DNA of 63,144 nt, counting the filler, from Gonapodya sp. JEL0774 (lineage: Eukaryota), in assembly GCA_027604505.1 (NCBI GenBank). It is 47 parts of 47 records of this genome, joined end to end, with 100 filler letters (N's around TTAATTAATTAA, not from the genome) between each part and the next. Parts side by side here need not be neighbours in the genome. Positions count along the whole stretch, not along the records: positions 37,820 to 39,061 come from JADIIX010003526.1; positions 39,162 to 40,402 come from JADIIX010003527.1; positions 40,503 to 41,743 come from JADIIX010003528.1; positions 41,844 to 43,084 come from JADIIX010003529.1; positions 43,185 to 44,424 come from JADIIX010003530.1; positions 44,525 to 45,764 come from JADIIX010003531.1; positions 45,865 to 47,103 come from JADIIX010003532.1; positions 47,204 to 48,442 come from JADIIX010003533.1; 39 more parts are not named here. One strand, written 5' to 3'. The notes below the pieces were generated by a model, which made no database searches, had not been told where the DNA came from, and saw only the letters and a list, made by a program, of their open reading frames with translations. Of the stretch, positions 38,527 to 51,219 are shown piece by piece (the stretch's first letter is position 1; each line of letters opens with the position of its first letter). The position numbers and the translations under genes were made by a program.

Positions 38527-39566
38527 GTGAGGGTGCCTGGACGTCGCTGACGCCGGCGTCGTTGTCTGGGCTGAGCTGTTCCCTGTTGACCCTTCGCTGA
38601 CTTTCACGTACAGGTACGTCTCTGAGGCTGGCTATAAACGGAGATAAGTGTATATACACTATCGCATATTCTGCTGTATATGGCGAGAGAGAGAGACCCA
38701 CTTCCCTCGTGGTGGCACGAATCAAACGGACACGGAGTCGGCAGCATCACCCAATCTGCAGAACATCCCTTCCTAAAGCTCTTGCTCCGACGACCTGCAC
38801 GAGGAACTCCGTTGCCACCCTCTCGGTGGTGGCAGTGGCCCCCCTCACCCGGTCACGGCTCGACTCTGGTTGGATGCACTCTGACGAACGAATGATGTAA
38901 ACCACGCTCTTGTTGAGAAATACTCCTGCTTGCTTCAGAGTCGCCGCACCCATCTTGCTTATCTTGAAATTTTGCCTGGATTACTGCTGGATTGCCACTC
39001 CCGTTATCACCCTGCATGCCCCACATTGGAGCGGCAACCTCATGTGTTTTTATCTCTCTTCNNNNNNNNNNNNNNNNNNNNNNNNNNNNNNNNNNNNNNN
39101 NNNNNTTAATTAATTAANNNNNNNNNNNNNNNNNNNNNNNNNNNNNNNNNNNNNNNNNNNNGGATCACGACACTTGTGGGGAGCCAGCCGAGCTTGGCGA
39201 TGGCGGTCCTGGAGTAGGCTGGTTGTCAGTAAGATAGACATGAAAAGGTTATCACCCGCTTACATGAGCTCCTTGATGCCTGTCTCATAGCGTTCCCGAA
39301 CTTGCTCAAACCTCCCATGGTCCGGCCAGATATCCTTGACAGCAACTTGGCGATTGCCAGGGCGGTGGTAACGATCAATTAGTTGTTGGATGTTGCCTTC
39401 CATTGAAGTGATGATTGTAATCAAAGCGAGTTCCTGGTATTTCAAAGAGGTGATCTCGGAAAGTGCAATTGGACCCTCTCCGGTCCGGAGCAGGCCTGGT
39501 TTGACCTTCTGAGATCAACCCCCACAACCAATCTGGTACACCTGCTCCAACCAGTATAAAATGTCC

Positions 39567-40150
39567 CCGCTCCGCTCCGGAGCAGCCCCATTTTCAGAGA
39601 GTGCATTGAAGTACTTTTGAGCAGTTTTTTTGTTCACATATGTTGGACCAAAAAAGTGGTCCTCTCTGGACTGGAGAGAGCTCATTGTCAGCTTCCGAGA
39701 TCATCCCCCAAACCAACTTCAACCACTACTCTTAAACAGCCTCCGCTCCGTTCCGGAGCAGCCCCATTTTCAGAGAGTGCATTCAAGTACTTTTGGTTAA
39801 TTTTTTAGCTCACATATGTTGGACCACAAAAGTGGTCCTCTCCAGACTGGAGAGAACCCCATTTCAGCTTCCGAGATTGCCCCCAAAACCAACCTCAACC
39901 ACCACTCTAAAACAGCCCCCCCTCTGTTCCGGAGCAGCCCTATTTTCAGAGAGTGCATTGAAGTACTTTTGAGCAATTTTTTTGTTCACATATGTTGGAC
40001 CAAAAAAGTGGTCCTCTCTGGACTGGAGAGAGCTCATTTTCAGCTTCTGAGATCATCCCCCAAACCAACTTCAACCACCACTCTAAAACAGCCCACGCTC
40101 CGTTCCGGAGCAGCCCTATTTTCAGAAAGTATATTGAAGTACTGTTGATG
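39567..40150. repeat. 176-bp tandem repeat, ~3.3 copies
   Basis: CCGGAGCAGCCC recurs at 39577, 39753, 39929, 40105. Confidence 0.95.
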
Positions 40151-40502
40151 GTTTTCTCCTTCCGAGATCATCCCCCAACCCAACTGATACATTCACTCAA
40201 AAACAACCCTTCCTCTGTTACGGAGCATCAACAATTTTACGCAGAAATTTTATGTAATTTAGTGTCGGATTTCCGCTATTGGTGGACGAGAAAAGATGGC
40301 TACTCTGTTATGGAGCGGCACATCCGAACTAAGCGGGCCGCCCCATATTACTGGTGCAAACGGATCCAACTACTTTCATTATGCCTGAATTCATCAGCGG
40401 CCNNNNNNNNNNNNNNNNNNNNNNNNNNNNNNNNNNNNNNNNNNNNTTAATTAATTAANNNNNNNNNNNNNNNNNNNNNNNNNNNNNNNNNNNNNNNNNN
40501 NN

Positions 40503-41743
40503 TGCAAATGTTTGGGTGTTCGTCTTCTCTGAGTTCAGTTCTTCCGGTAAGGGTCCAAACCCTGCTGATCTCGAAGTATTATAGCCGTCTCGAATGTTCA
40601 AAGACGCCAGCTGACGCACTAGTCTGCAAACAAGAAGTGTGCTCGGTACATCATATAACGAACAGGATCGGAGTGGAAGAGTACTTCACCTATCTTCCTC
40701 TTTCCGAATCGAATCTCTGAAATAGTCTATTGCATAATTTAGTACGGCAACCTTCTTGACAGGGTTCCTGAGAGAATATTGCACACCCGAGTCGTGGTAA
40801 GCTACGGCAATGGGTAAACCGTTTAACATCTGTGTTTTCAGTTGCGATGATCAGATTCCCCATTTCAGGAATGGTGGAGATTGCAAATGGTGTGGGCCGA
40901 CCTTACCGTCAATTTCGGAAACAATGCCGCTACAATAATGTAGAATCTTCGTCCGTGGGTGATTGGATTTGACGATAAGTCAAGTACCGAGAGGCTATCC
41001 AGAAGGCTCAGCGAAAGTAGATTCTGCGAATCTGCGGGGCAGGACACACACTGAGCAGTTTGAACCAAGGGAGCGTCGATTTGCACTGAAACTCACGAAC
41101 AATTGCGTTTCCGGAAATATGTAGCTCCCGAAGGAAACAATAATGGCATGGAATTTCAATAGTGTCGATCACATTATCACGCACACTCAAAACTCGGAGC
41201 ATGGGTTGCCAAGAAGGGATACGAAGGACACTGGAAGTGTTGCTGAAGCCTCACGTGTCAGTCATCGAGTAGTCCTGAGGATCAAAACTCACCGCAGCTT
41301 GTTTTGATCCATTCGAAACTCCCAAACAAAACTATTCGAAAGCTCGGGCACGTTCAGATACGAGTTCCGACCTGAGTACACGATTAGGTACGCGTGGAAT
41401 CGGAACTTCTCCCCCACCCCTTGGACTTACTGATATCAAGGTATTGGAGCCACGGAGAGTCACTTAAGAAATCAAGAGGTTCCTCAAGGAGAGAGTTCCC
41501 AGCTATGTCAAGGTACAAAAGATTAGGAAGCTGTGACAACGCTGGAATATCGATCGCCTGGGAGAGCAATTCGGAGTCATTTATCAGAGCGTCACCTTAC
41601 TGAGCGAACACTCACTTTGGTGTCATGCAAAATGAGAATCTGAAGAGCCTTCGAGGATTCTAAAAAATCAATGGAGCTGACGGGATTGTGTCCAATATCG
41701 AACACCTGCAGGTCAGCACATTCTCGGAAGCCCTGAGTGACCG
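40503..41743 (-). CDS. SDS22-like leucine-rich repeat protein (fragment)
   Basis: LLYLDIAGNSL, LRVLSVRDNVI, LRELHISGNAI, LSVLDLSSNPI and an LRR cap ..LFPKLT|MLNG; many introns. Confidence 0.8.
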
Positions 41744-41843
41744 NNNNNNNNNNNNNNNNNNNNNNNNNNNNNNNNNNNNNNNNNNNNTTAATTAATTAAN
41801 NNNNNNNNNNNNNNNNNNNNNNNNNNNNNNNNNNNNNNNNNNN

Positions 41844-43075
41844 CCCCCCACGACGAAAGAGGTGAGGGATTCCATCACCGTAGCGATTGTGCTCACAGGC
41901 TGAACCGGATCCGTCATCACCTCGCACAACTCCACAACAGCTGCAAGAGTATAATACCGCCTTCTATCACCTCCTTCAGGAAACATCCAAACGTGATGGC
42001 GATCTCGTTGGTCGATTGCCGTTGATCAAGAAAAAAGACGCTGATCCGGCCCAGCTCGCGCTCATTCAGAGGTCAGAGATGGATGGACGACCGGTGGGAG
42101 TAGGTGAGAAGAGCTTCGCATCAGTAAACCGCGCATAGATGGCTGAGATGCTGATTTGGATGGGGCTTTCAAAAACCACAGGACCGACTACGGGTGAGTG
42201 GCCGGATGCGGAAAGCTTTGTGATTGTTCTGACGCGAAATCTACAGTCTTCATGCAAAATTTGGAGCTCAGTGGGCTCTTCAGTCAAGTGCTCGCATACA
42301 TAAACGAAAAAAGCAGTTTGGGTCCCCGGCAGAAGGAGGTAAGTGAGACTCCATGCACGTGCGGCTACAAGATCTCACAGCATCAGTTTTCATCCAAAAG
42401 ATCGCGATCCTCTTAACGGCAAGTGAGTCAACTGAGGCAGCAGCGGGAAGGATTTTTTTAAATATTGTGCGCTTGTGCAAGGGTTCTGGTCCTCGGACTT
42501 TGAGTGGTGAGTGCACAATGTTCATTCCGGCTCAAATATTACCTTTGTCCGAGCTAATACGTACTTCAACAGGTATGGTAAGATCAATTGCTATCTAATG
42601 GTCACATTTACACCAGTATTATCCAACCACACATCCTGGTCGGCACAGCCCACGCTTCGGCTGCGCGGCTGGCAGGAGTCCACGAACAAGTGATCGAGGC
42701 TATACGTTACGACCGTGTTCCACCACCAGGGACTTTGAGAGAAGATGAAAGACCGCTTTATGAGCTATTGCGGCAGCTCCTCTACAAGAAGAGAGTGGAC
42801 GAGTGAGTGCTTGAACCGATTTCAACTCTTCGAAAGTACACCGATCTCATCACTTGCTGCCAGGTCCACCTTCAAGGAGTGCAAGGAGACATATGGCACC
42901 AAAACAATTTTTGAAGCTTTGGTTATTACGTCGTACTATTGGTATGTCTGTTCCGAGAATAATGTTGAGAGATATTGAAAACCACACCCTGCTTCTTAGC
43001 ATGGTGTCACTCTGCTTGAATTTCGACGAACTCCCTCTACCAGTCGGTGCAAAGGATTTCCTGCCAAAATTGTAG
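41844..43075 (+). CDS. Carboxymuconolactone decarboxylase/AhpD-like protein
   Basis: Spliced RLPL...GPTTVF...SSLGPRQKEIAILLTARFWSSDFEWYAHASAARLAGV..VIEAI...TSYY.MVS..LN...LPLP*. Confidence 0.85.
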
Positions 43076-43184
43076 TGTGAAGAGNNNNNNNNNNNNNNNN
43101 NNNNNNNNNNNNNNNNNNNNNNNNNNNNTTAATTAATTAANNNNNNNNNNNNNNNNNNNNNNNNNNNNNNNNNNNNNNNNNNNN

Positions 43185-44424
43185 CAGGAGAACGAAGAAA
43201 AGGCGGCGGATCTTCAAAGAAACTGAGAAGAATATTAAATCTGGACTTGGAATTACGGACATTGAGGAGGTGCGCAAAAGGAGCACCGGAGCACTTTGAC
43301 GTAGGTCATCGATACAGAGACCATGATGGCAGGCGACACACGCAGAGTCAGCGGATTCAATGGGATTGGAAGGGGCAGAGGCCAAAGAGGAGGAGTGGTG
43401 GGCAGAGGAGGGCGCGGTGGCGGTAACATCGGGATGGGAGTGGGGAATATGGTAATGGGTGAACACTCAATCGGGCAGACGCACCAGGCACAGTCAAACC
43501 AGCTCACACAGCAGCAAATCCTGGTGCAGGCTCAGATGGTCCCCAGCTACGCGCAGGCGTGGGGTGCCCAAGTGACCTCCGGCAGTGGTGGAACGAGTTC
43601 CTCGCCATGGACTACGGGTTCTTCTGCCAATGCCGCGGGACTTGCCTGGACAAGCGGTGGCAGCACAGCGTTCTGGGGAAATGGGTCTTCTCAACGTGGT
43701 GCTGGTGGCGCGACTGGTGGTTCCAACGGTCAGCCCCAGCCTTACTCAGGCAATAGTTCTACCGCAGCTGCTGACTGGGACCATTGGACAGCAGCGTCTG
43801 GTGTAACCACCCAATCAGGGACAAATGACTCGATAGTTCAGCCCCTGGGCGCGGCTAGTAGACCACCACCACTTGGTCTCGCACCCTCGCACACAGCTAC
43901 CTCAACTTCTCTCCCTTCGTCGTCCCCCTGGTCGCCTTCCTCCACATCCTACCCACCTCCTAACCTCGCAATTTCTAATCTGTGGTCTTCGTCTCCTACC
44001 ACGACGACCTCCACATCCGCACCCGCACCGGACCGTCCGCCCACCGCGTCCTCGTCCTACTCTCGGTCCCAATCCCAATCAAGACCAGAAACCCCTCTTG
44101 AAATCGTAGGAGGGTTCTCGGACGCTGTGACTGTTGCTCTACCGGCCGTTGTCAGTAGTGGTGGGAATAGGCAAGGTGCCAATAGGAGTACCAGCACCGC
44201 GAATGATCAGTCCCCAAGCGTCGCCAGTGGACCCAGTACAACTCTTGGCATCGATGGACATGTGTCGCCTCAACCAGAGACCACTGGAGATGCAAAACTC
44301 CCCAGATTCGGACTCGGACGCGCCCTTGGACTTGGACTGGATCTCGAACTAGGAACAGCAGGTGCAGGACCAGCACGTACCGCATCCTCCAGCAATGGTT
44401 TCGCAGCCGCCGTGGCCGTGATAT
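43185..44424 (+). CDS. Hypothetical low-complexity protein (RGG, Gly/Ser/Thr-rich), fragment
   Basis: More than 360 open codons after a short intron; GRGRG/RGG tract. Confidence 0.7.
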
Positions 44425-44524
44425 NNNNNNNNNNNNNNNNNNNNNNNNNNNNNNNNNNNNNNNNNNNNTTAATTAATTAANNNNNNNNNNNNNNNNNNNN
44501 NNNNNNNNNNNNNNNNNNNNNNNN

Positions 44525-45764
44525 GAGATCCATGAATGCTCACATTTTTAATGCGCTAGATGATTTAGTCGGAAGAGACTCATGGACCGCCTCTTGGGAG
44601 GTCAAGTTGTGTTGAGCGAAGACACGCGAATCCATACGGGCAAATGTGAGAATTTGGGTAAGGTGATACATCGCTTTGAATATGCGAAAATAGATGTAGC
44701 GATGTGAATGACGGATAAAAGTGGTAACGATCGTGCAGGTTTTAGGTCCGACATCTCTGCACTCACCCAACTTAATGTACCGCTCGTTCGCATTTTGAGT
44801 CGCCGCGGGTGACAAAAACCGTATCGAGCGCAGCATAAGACGGCAGTACGTTCCCAGAATGTCGAATACCTGGATGGGGCCCGTTCGTCTGAGATGATCC
44901 GTCCTGCAACACAAAAGAATCAAGAGACAGCCGCCACTCACCACGTGAGGAATCAAATTCCCGGATTCAGTTAGTATGAACTGCACTGAATTTTGCATGC
45001 AGATCGAGAGAAGGTCGAGAAGGGCCTTGTCGTGCGCAATTAGGAGACCAGGATAAAGGAGCGAGCACACTGTTGCACAACGGTGGAGTATCAGAGTTGT
45101 GGGAGCACAGAGTCCGTCAAAAGAGTCCATTTTTTGAATCTGAAGAGATTCAAACGCACCATCTACGTGTATTCGAAGTGTCTGCTCTTTAAAGACTTGC
45201 TTGCTCATCCCGGTAATCAAATGCACAGCACCACCGTCATGCAACAAAGCTTTGGTGTTGGAGAACACTTTCGTAAAGCTATCAGAGAATCTCTTTTGGT
45301 GCGGTGCACTCGCTGATGCAAACGAATCACCCTGGACAGATCGAAACATCATGTGAGTTTCAATCACTGCCTTGAAATGAAGTGACGGTACTACGACAAA
45401 ATCTCAGCGACACCTACAAGTGCAACAGAGAATGTACTCTGGGTGAAATGAAGCCAAGACACGATGAGGGAGTTGATAGCACTCATTCCATGTTCATCTA
45501 GTGTCGGCTGGAGGAGAGGGGTGACATCGGATCCCGCATCGACGATTATTTGGAGGGATTTGACGACAGTAGAGTACAGGCTGTTGATTGCTTCGACGAA
45601 CTGTGCAGATACATCAAACATCAGAACCAATTAGATTACACTGGATAATGCGACATTCTGAACGACAACCATCCCCTTTACCACAGCTGAGGGCGTACCT
45701 CAAAGTGTTTGGGCTTGTCTTCTGCATGACTCGTGGGATCATTGATTTTCTTGACTGCGTAAAC
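44525..45764 (-). CDS. Hypothetical helical-repeat-like protein (fragment)
   Basis: Long minus-strand open segments with short introns; amphipathic helices; no family recognised. Confidence 0.6.
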
Positions 45765-45864
45765 NNNNNNNNNNNNNNNNNNNNNNNNNNNNNNNNNNNN
45801 NNNNNNNNTTAATTAATTAANNNNNNNNNNNNNNNNNNNNNNNNNNNNNNNNNNNNNNNNNNNN

Positions 45865-46133
45865 TACGATGTGGTGGACCAGATTGCGACCGATGAAGCC
45901 GGTTCCGCCGAGAATGAGGACAGAGGGGGGCTTGATTGATGGGGGGGATTGATGGGGGGAGTGGGGAGGGATGGGGAGTGGGATGGGATGGGATGGGGTG
46001 GGAGACAGTGTGGGGAGAGGGGTGGATGTGAGATGTGAGAGGGGAGAGTGAGTGGGAGACAGAGGCGACAGTGTCTGTGTGCACAGTCCATCTCTCCCTT
46101 TCTCCCTCTCTCTCTCTCTCTGTCTCTCACCAT
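45865..46133 (-). CDS. NAD-dependent epimerase/dehydratase (extended SDR), N-terminus
   Basis: ATG-only first coding exon (46131-46133), intron to 45931, then PPSVLILGGTGFIGRNLV (GxxGxxG). Confidence 0.8.
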
Positions 46134-46610
46134 TGTCGATGTAGATGTTGCCCGTGTCTGTTCGGTGGTGTCCACCCCTCTGCTGTGGTCCGATCACTCC
46201 CCTGATCACACCGGGTCCTCTCATTTCTCATTTCCCATTTGTCCTCACTTCATCGCTTCTTGGCCTCGCTCTTCCAATCCCCCTCATCCCCCCTATTTCC
46301 CCGGGTTCTTCATGTCCATGTTTCCCATGTACTCTTTTTGTATCATTCAATACTTCAAACATCAATGCAAAATTATTGAATTCTGTTGATTCCCATGAAC
46401 CCACCCGCGACCTGTTTGACTCCACGGCATTTATACATACAACAATCGTCGGTCGGTCGGTCGGGACTCGGGAACCAAACGTATTCTTGGATACATCGCG
46501 CGGCCGGGGCCACATCGCCGGTTTGCCCACCCCCAAGTGTTCTTACTTAGAGGTCCACCAAGCTCAAGCTCTGATCCACGACGACCGCAACATTCGTCTA
46601 ACCCATCCAC

Positions 46611-47103
46611 CTACTCTGGTCCGGACCTCCCCTCCACTTCCCCTCCTGAGTGCCCCCCCCTCTCCTCTCCCCCGGCCCCTCCCTCTCCCCCCTCCACCCC
46701 CACAACCACCACCTGTGGCCACACCCACCCCTCCGGCCCCCCCACCTCGACCTCCCTCCCGATATGCCCGCCCCCTGCCACCCGTCGGACCTCGGCGTCC
46801 GTAAGGCCGAGTTTCGCTCGGACGGCCGATCGGAGGACCCGGGCGTACGCGGCCAGGTGGGACGCGGGGTGGGCGGCGAAGAAGCTGTGGTGAGGCAATG
46901 AGATGAGTGCTCATGATACGTGGGAGAGAGAAAAAATTCAAGGGTTCGGTGTGGAGACTCACGCTTCCTCCTCCTCGCCCGCCCTCTTCCCCATTCTGTT
47001 CGAATTGGATTTTTCTCTCTCACCCGCACCACCACCACCCCCACCCCCGCCACCCTCCTTCGCCAACATCCTCAAATACACCACCACATCCTCCACCCTC
47101 GCG
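46611..47103 (-). CDS. Hypothetical protein C-terminus
   Basis: RVEDVVVYLRML... | intron | SFFAAHPASHLAAYARVLR... to TAG. Confidence 0.45.
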
Positions 47104-48646
47104 NNNNNNNNNNNNNNNNNNNNNNNNNNNNNNNNNNNNNNNNNNNNTTAATTAATTAANNNNNNNNNNNNNNNNNNNNNNNNNNNNNNNNNNNNNNNNN
47201 NNNGGTAAAGTTACAGGCGTCTCGGCTTTGTACCCGTGCCTAACGGGCCCTGACTGAGCTGGAGTCCATGTCAGCTGTTGTGGGGAGGAGTGCAGGAAAA
47301 GCCGCGGTAAGAGCAAAGGGAGGAGGGCACCGGATGGAAACCGGGATGTTGACGATGCAGGTGTGATGCAAAAGAGGATGGAAGGAAGTGAGGGTGGAAG
47401 AAGTCGGTGTGGGGGAGAGGGTTGATGCATACTGGACTTTTGATAAATGGGAGATTAGTTATAGTGCTAACACCTGGATTTAGCAAAGCTCCACGGTCGA
47501 AACTCATTTCCCTTAAAGATGTCAATCTCCGTTCAAAACCTTCGCCTCCTTGCACTTTCCGTGTGCCAATGGTTCGCAGATTACCAAAGTTGAATGAGCT
47601 GTTCTTTTCATCCGCCACTGCAACATCCCGGGATCCACTCGATAGTCTTGCCCTCAAAAGTCACATTCTGATCAAATAACTTCTTTGCCTCTAGGGTCGG
47701 AGGATCATGTCGACTCGATCTTCGTGTCGGAAGAATAAACCCAACCGCTTGCACACATGATCTATTTTCCAAGAATCGAATCATTCGCAGAAGTCCTGCG
47801 TATGCTGCGGCGGCACTGAAGACGCAGTTTCTTTCCCCATCCGCGTCTCATACCCCGGAAGTCGTTTGACAACGATCTCAAAGGAAAAAGTTCCCGTGCC
47901 GATGTACATTTACACACCTGATAGATCCACCCCGACGCAGCAATCCTCAATCCTCTGCACCTGCGTTGCCCTCCTTTCGTAAAACCCCAGATAGGTTACG
48001 GATGTCTGAAGTCACTCCAGTGACACGACCGAACGTCTGTGCGGTGTCATTGGTTTTGTATAACTCCCACACGGTTATTGCCCCACTTTTCCATAACATA
48101 ACGTACGTAGGTAAGCTGTAGGTAAGGTGAAGTCACCAATGTGATCGACTTCAGCGGCGTGCACGTCCCTATTTCGCAGGTGCTACCAATTGCCGGTTTG
48201 CATGCTTCAATTCTATTCCATTGTAACCATCATGTTTAGAGTGAATCGAGGACGAGGACGTTCACCCAACCAAAGCAGGCAAGGGAAAGTCATCAGATTT
48301 CACATATATGTGTGTGGCAATCAGACAATATAATACTCTGGGTAATTGCACTGGAAACAGAACTAAACTGGAATATAAACATAGAACGGGCGTCTTGTGG
48401 GTATGGTGGAACCAGCCAGTCGAATAAGGGATCTCAATGGTCNNNNNNNNNNNNNNNNNNNNNNNNNNNNNNNNNNNNNNNNNNNNTTAATTAATTAANN
48501 NNNNNNNNNNNNNNNNNNNNNNNNNNNNNNNNNNNNNNNNNNAGTTTTTCGGTGACCATTTCTCGGACAACCATTCCCCTTTTTGATGTAGTGTATTCAA
48601 GTCTAGACAAAGTACATCACAATCTCCATCGAAAGATCAGCACAAA

Positions 48647-49781
48647 TTAACCACGCCTGAACAACGGGAACGCGGTTGCGGGCTTGTTGTCGAGGATCTT
48701 CTCGATCCTGTGAACAGTACCGGTTTCAATGTTCAATCTGACTTCGTCACCTGCATGACGTTTGGTTATTGTACATACCTCTCCAAAACCTCTGGTGTCA
48801 GCTTGTCTACGAGTTTCAGCGCTCCCATGTTCTCCGTGACTTGCTCCTTCTTGGAGGCGCCGGTAATGACGGTAGAAACGTTCGGGTTCTTCAAGCACCA
48901 GGCGAGTGCCAGTTGGGCGGTGGTACCGCCAACTTCCTCGGCGATGGGCTGCATCGATGTGCGTCAGGCCAAGTCAATCTAGGTCTGAATCGGTCTAGAT
49001 TGCGTGTGTACTCACCAACAACGCCCGCGTTTTCGCAATTTTGGCCTTGCCTTCCTCCGTGGCAAGGTATCGGTTGGCAATACTTTTTAGAAGTCCATCA
49101 TCGAGGGCGAATCGGCTTCCGGCGGGAACGGTGAGCGAGTTGTACTTTCCGGAGAGCACGCCAGAGGCGAGAGGAGACTATGATTTTCGGTGTGACTCGA
49201 TATCAGGGAGGAAGCCTCGACAATTTGCGCGGTACGGAAGGATTCCAAACTGACCCAGATAGTGGTCCCCATTCCAAAGTCCCTGTACAATGGCGCGTAC
49301 TCCTTCTCGAAACGCTCGCGAGCGAGCATATTGTACTCGGGTTGTTCCATGGATGGTCCAACAAGACCAAGCTTGTCGGCTACACGGTGTGCTTCGGTGA
49401 TTTGTTGGGCAGTCCACTCCGACTGAATGTATTCCAAACACGAAACGTTCAGAACGAAGGGCGGATGGGTTGCGATAAGATCAAACGCACCGTTCCCCAA
49501 TAGAAAGCTTGGCCGTGGTCGAGTAAGTAGTTAAATGCTCGAACTAACGTTAGCCGTTCGGTCAGCATGAATTTGATCTCCAATGAAGAAGCGCTTTACG
49601 CGGACTGAAACCCACCCGTCTCCTCGATCGGAGTCTCATTGTCCGGCCGGTGGGCGAAAATAAGGTCCACGTAGCCCAATCCAAGCCTCTCCAACGATGC
49701 CTTGGTACCTTCGATGATGTGCTTTCGGCTCAACCCTTGGTCGTTGATACCGGGACCACCCCAGAACAACTTGGTAGCGAC
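48647..49781 (-). CDS. Aldo-keto reductase, Kv-beta (AKR6)-like, 3' part
   Basis: [85 protein letters not shown]. Confidence 0.96.
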
Positions 49782-49881
49782 NNNNNNNNNNNNNNNNNNN
49801 NNNNNNNNNNNNNNNNNNNNNNNNNTTAATTAATTAANNNNNNNNNNNNNNNNNNNNNNNNNNNNNNNNNNNNNNNNNNNN

Positions 49882-50304
49882 TTCTTACTGATGAGCTTTC
49901 GTACGCAATCGTGCGCTTGAACGAGGAGCTCCAGCACACCAGCTTGTGGGACAATGTCGCGCTTCGACGGTTGATCCTGACCGAAGCTATTCCCGACCTT
50001 CTTTTGGAGAGGCTGGGACTCGACACGATCCTCAAACGAGTGCCCGAGTCGTATATTCAGGCCATCTTTGGCGCTTACTTGGCCAGCCGGTTCGGTGAGT
50101 TTCAAATGATACTTTGACCCAGTCCGCTTCTCATCACCCCCAATCACAGTGTACAAGTACGGCATCGAGCCTTCCCAATTTGCATTCTTCGACTACCTGG
50201 TAAGCCGTGTTTGTGGCTTCGATTGACTTCGGAATTGAGATCTAATCATTTGTCTGGCCCGGAAACCGCAGTCCCCTTATCTGTCAAAAGTCACGTCGAA
50301 ATAG
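49882..50304 (+). CDS. GDH2: NAD-specific glutamate dehydrogenase, C-terminus
   Basis: LS.AI..LNEELQ.T.LWDN...GLDTILKRVPESYIQAIFGAYLASRFVYKYGIEPSQFAFFDY; 2 introns. Confidence 0.92.
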
Positions 50305-50688
50305 ATTGTTTACCCATTTGATTTTTATTGTGCCATAAAATGCAATGATATATGTCCCCCGATGTTCTGCTTGCACTAGTTCTCTGCCCCGTGACTCGTG
50401 GTCTTCACAAGAACCCAGTTGTCTCACCAACTTCACTCACTCCGGGGGTTCAGCACTCGCAAATCAGAAGAAACGCAACCAACAAAGTAGCAAGCTAGAA
50501 ATGGATGGCCGTTAAGTTTGGAGTGTTCCACCGGAAGCAGCTGGAGCTGTCATTGCTGTCGAGAATATACTCGAGGACGATGGCTGTCCCGTAGCCGTGC
50601 TGCAAGCTTCATTCCATTTATCATGGAAGGACAGTTGACGGAGAGTCTGTAAGGGGTCGGCGAGGAGTGTTCAATCTCAGAGGACGAG

Positions 50689-51119
50689 CTACACACATGT
50701 TCGGTACGGTGCGTCATCTCCCAAGCAAGTTCCAATATCCACCGGTGTATAATTGTAGGCAGCGATCGCCGCGTGCACACTGGATATCGTCAATGCTGTA
50801 CACTGGTACAAGTCTCGTTCGATCGCAATGTACCGACCCCAGCCAGTGGGCAGCATCGCAAATGTTTCATTGTATTTCTTGATGATGGGGTCGCATGATG
50901 AAATGGACCCATTGTAGGTCACGTTGTGGTCAAAGGTGTCCAGGTTCCTGACAGATAGGTACGTGAGTTCCACATTGCGAATTGTCTTGGCTGTCAGACT
51001 CACCACCATATTGGAGCGTAACCAACGCTCCGTATGACCTATGTTTTAAGAGAGTCTGGGAGAATTTGATGATCATTAAAAGTTGGAGCCACCGTGCAAT
51101 GTCTCACATGGTCAACGCG
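50689..51119 (-). CDS. CE4 polysaccharide (chitin) deacetylase-like domain, C-terminal part
   Basis: VIRSVGYAPIWWNLDTFD...YIAIERD...YNYTPVDIGTCLGD matches NodB motifs 4-5 and the C-terminal CLGD. Confidence 0.75.
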
Positions 51120-51219
51120 NNNNNNNNNNNNNNNNNNNNNNNNNNNNNNNNNNNNNNNNNNNNTTAATTAATTAANNNNNNNNNNNNNNNNNNNNNNNNN
51201 NNNNNNNNNNNNNNNNNNN

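Noticed and set aside
47204..48442. Possible degraded coding or TE sequence
   Set aside because: Short broken frames without diagnostic motifs.
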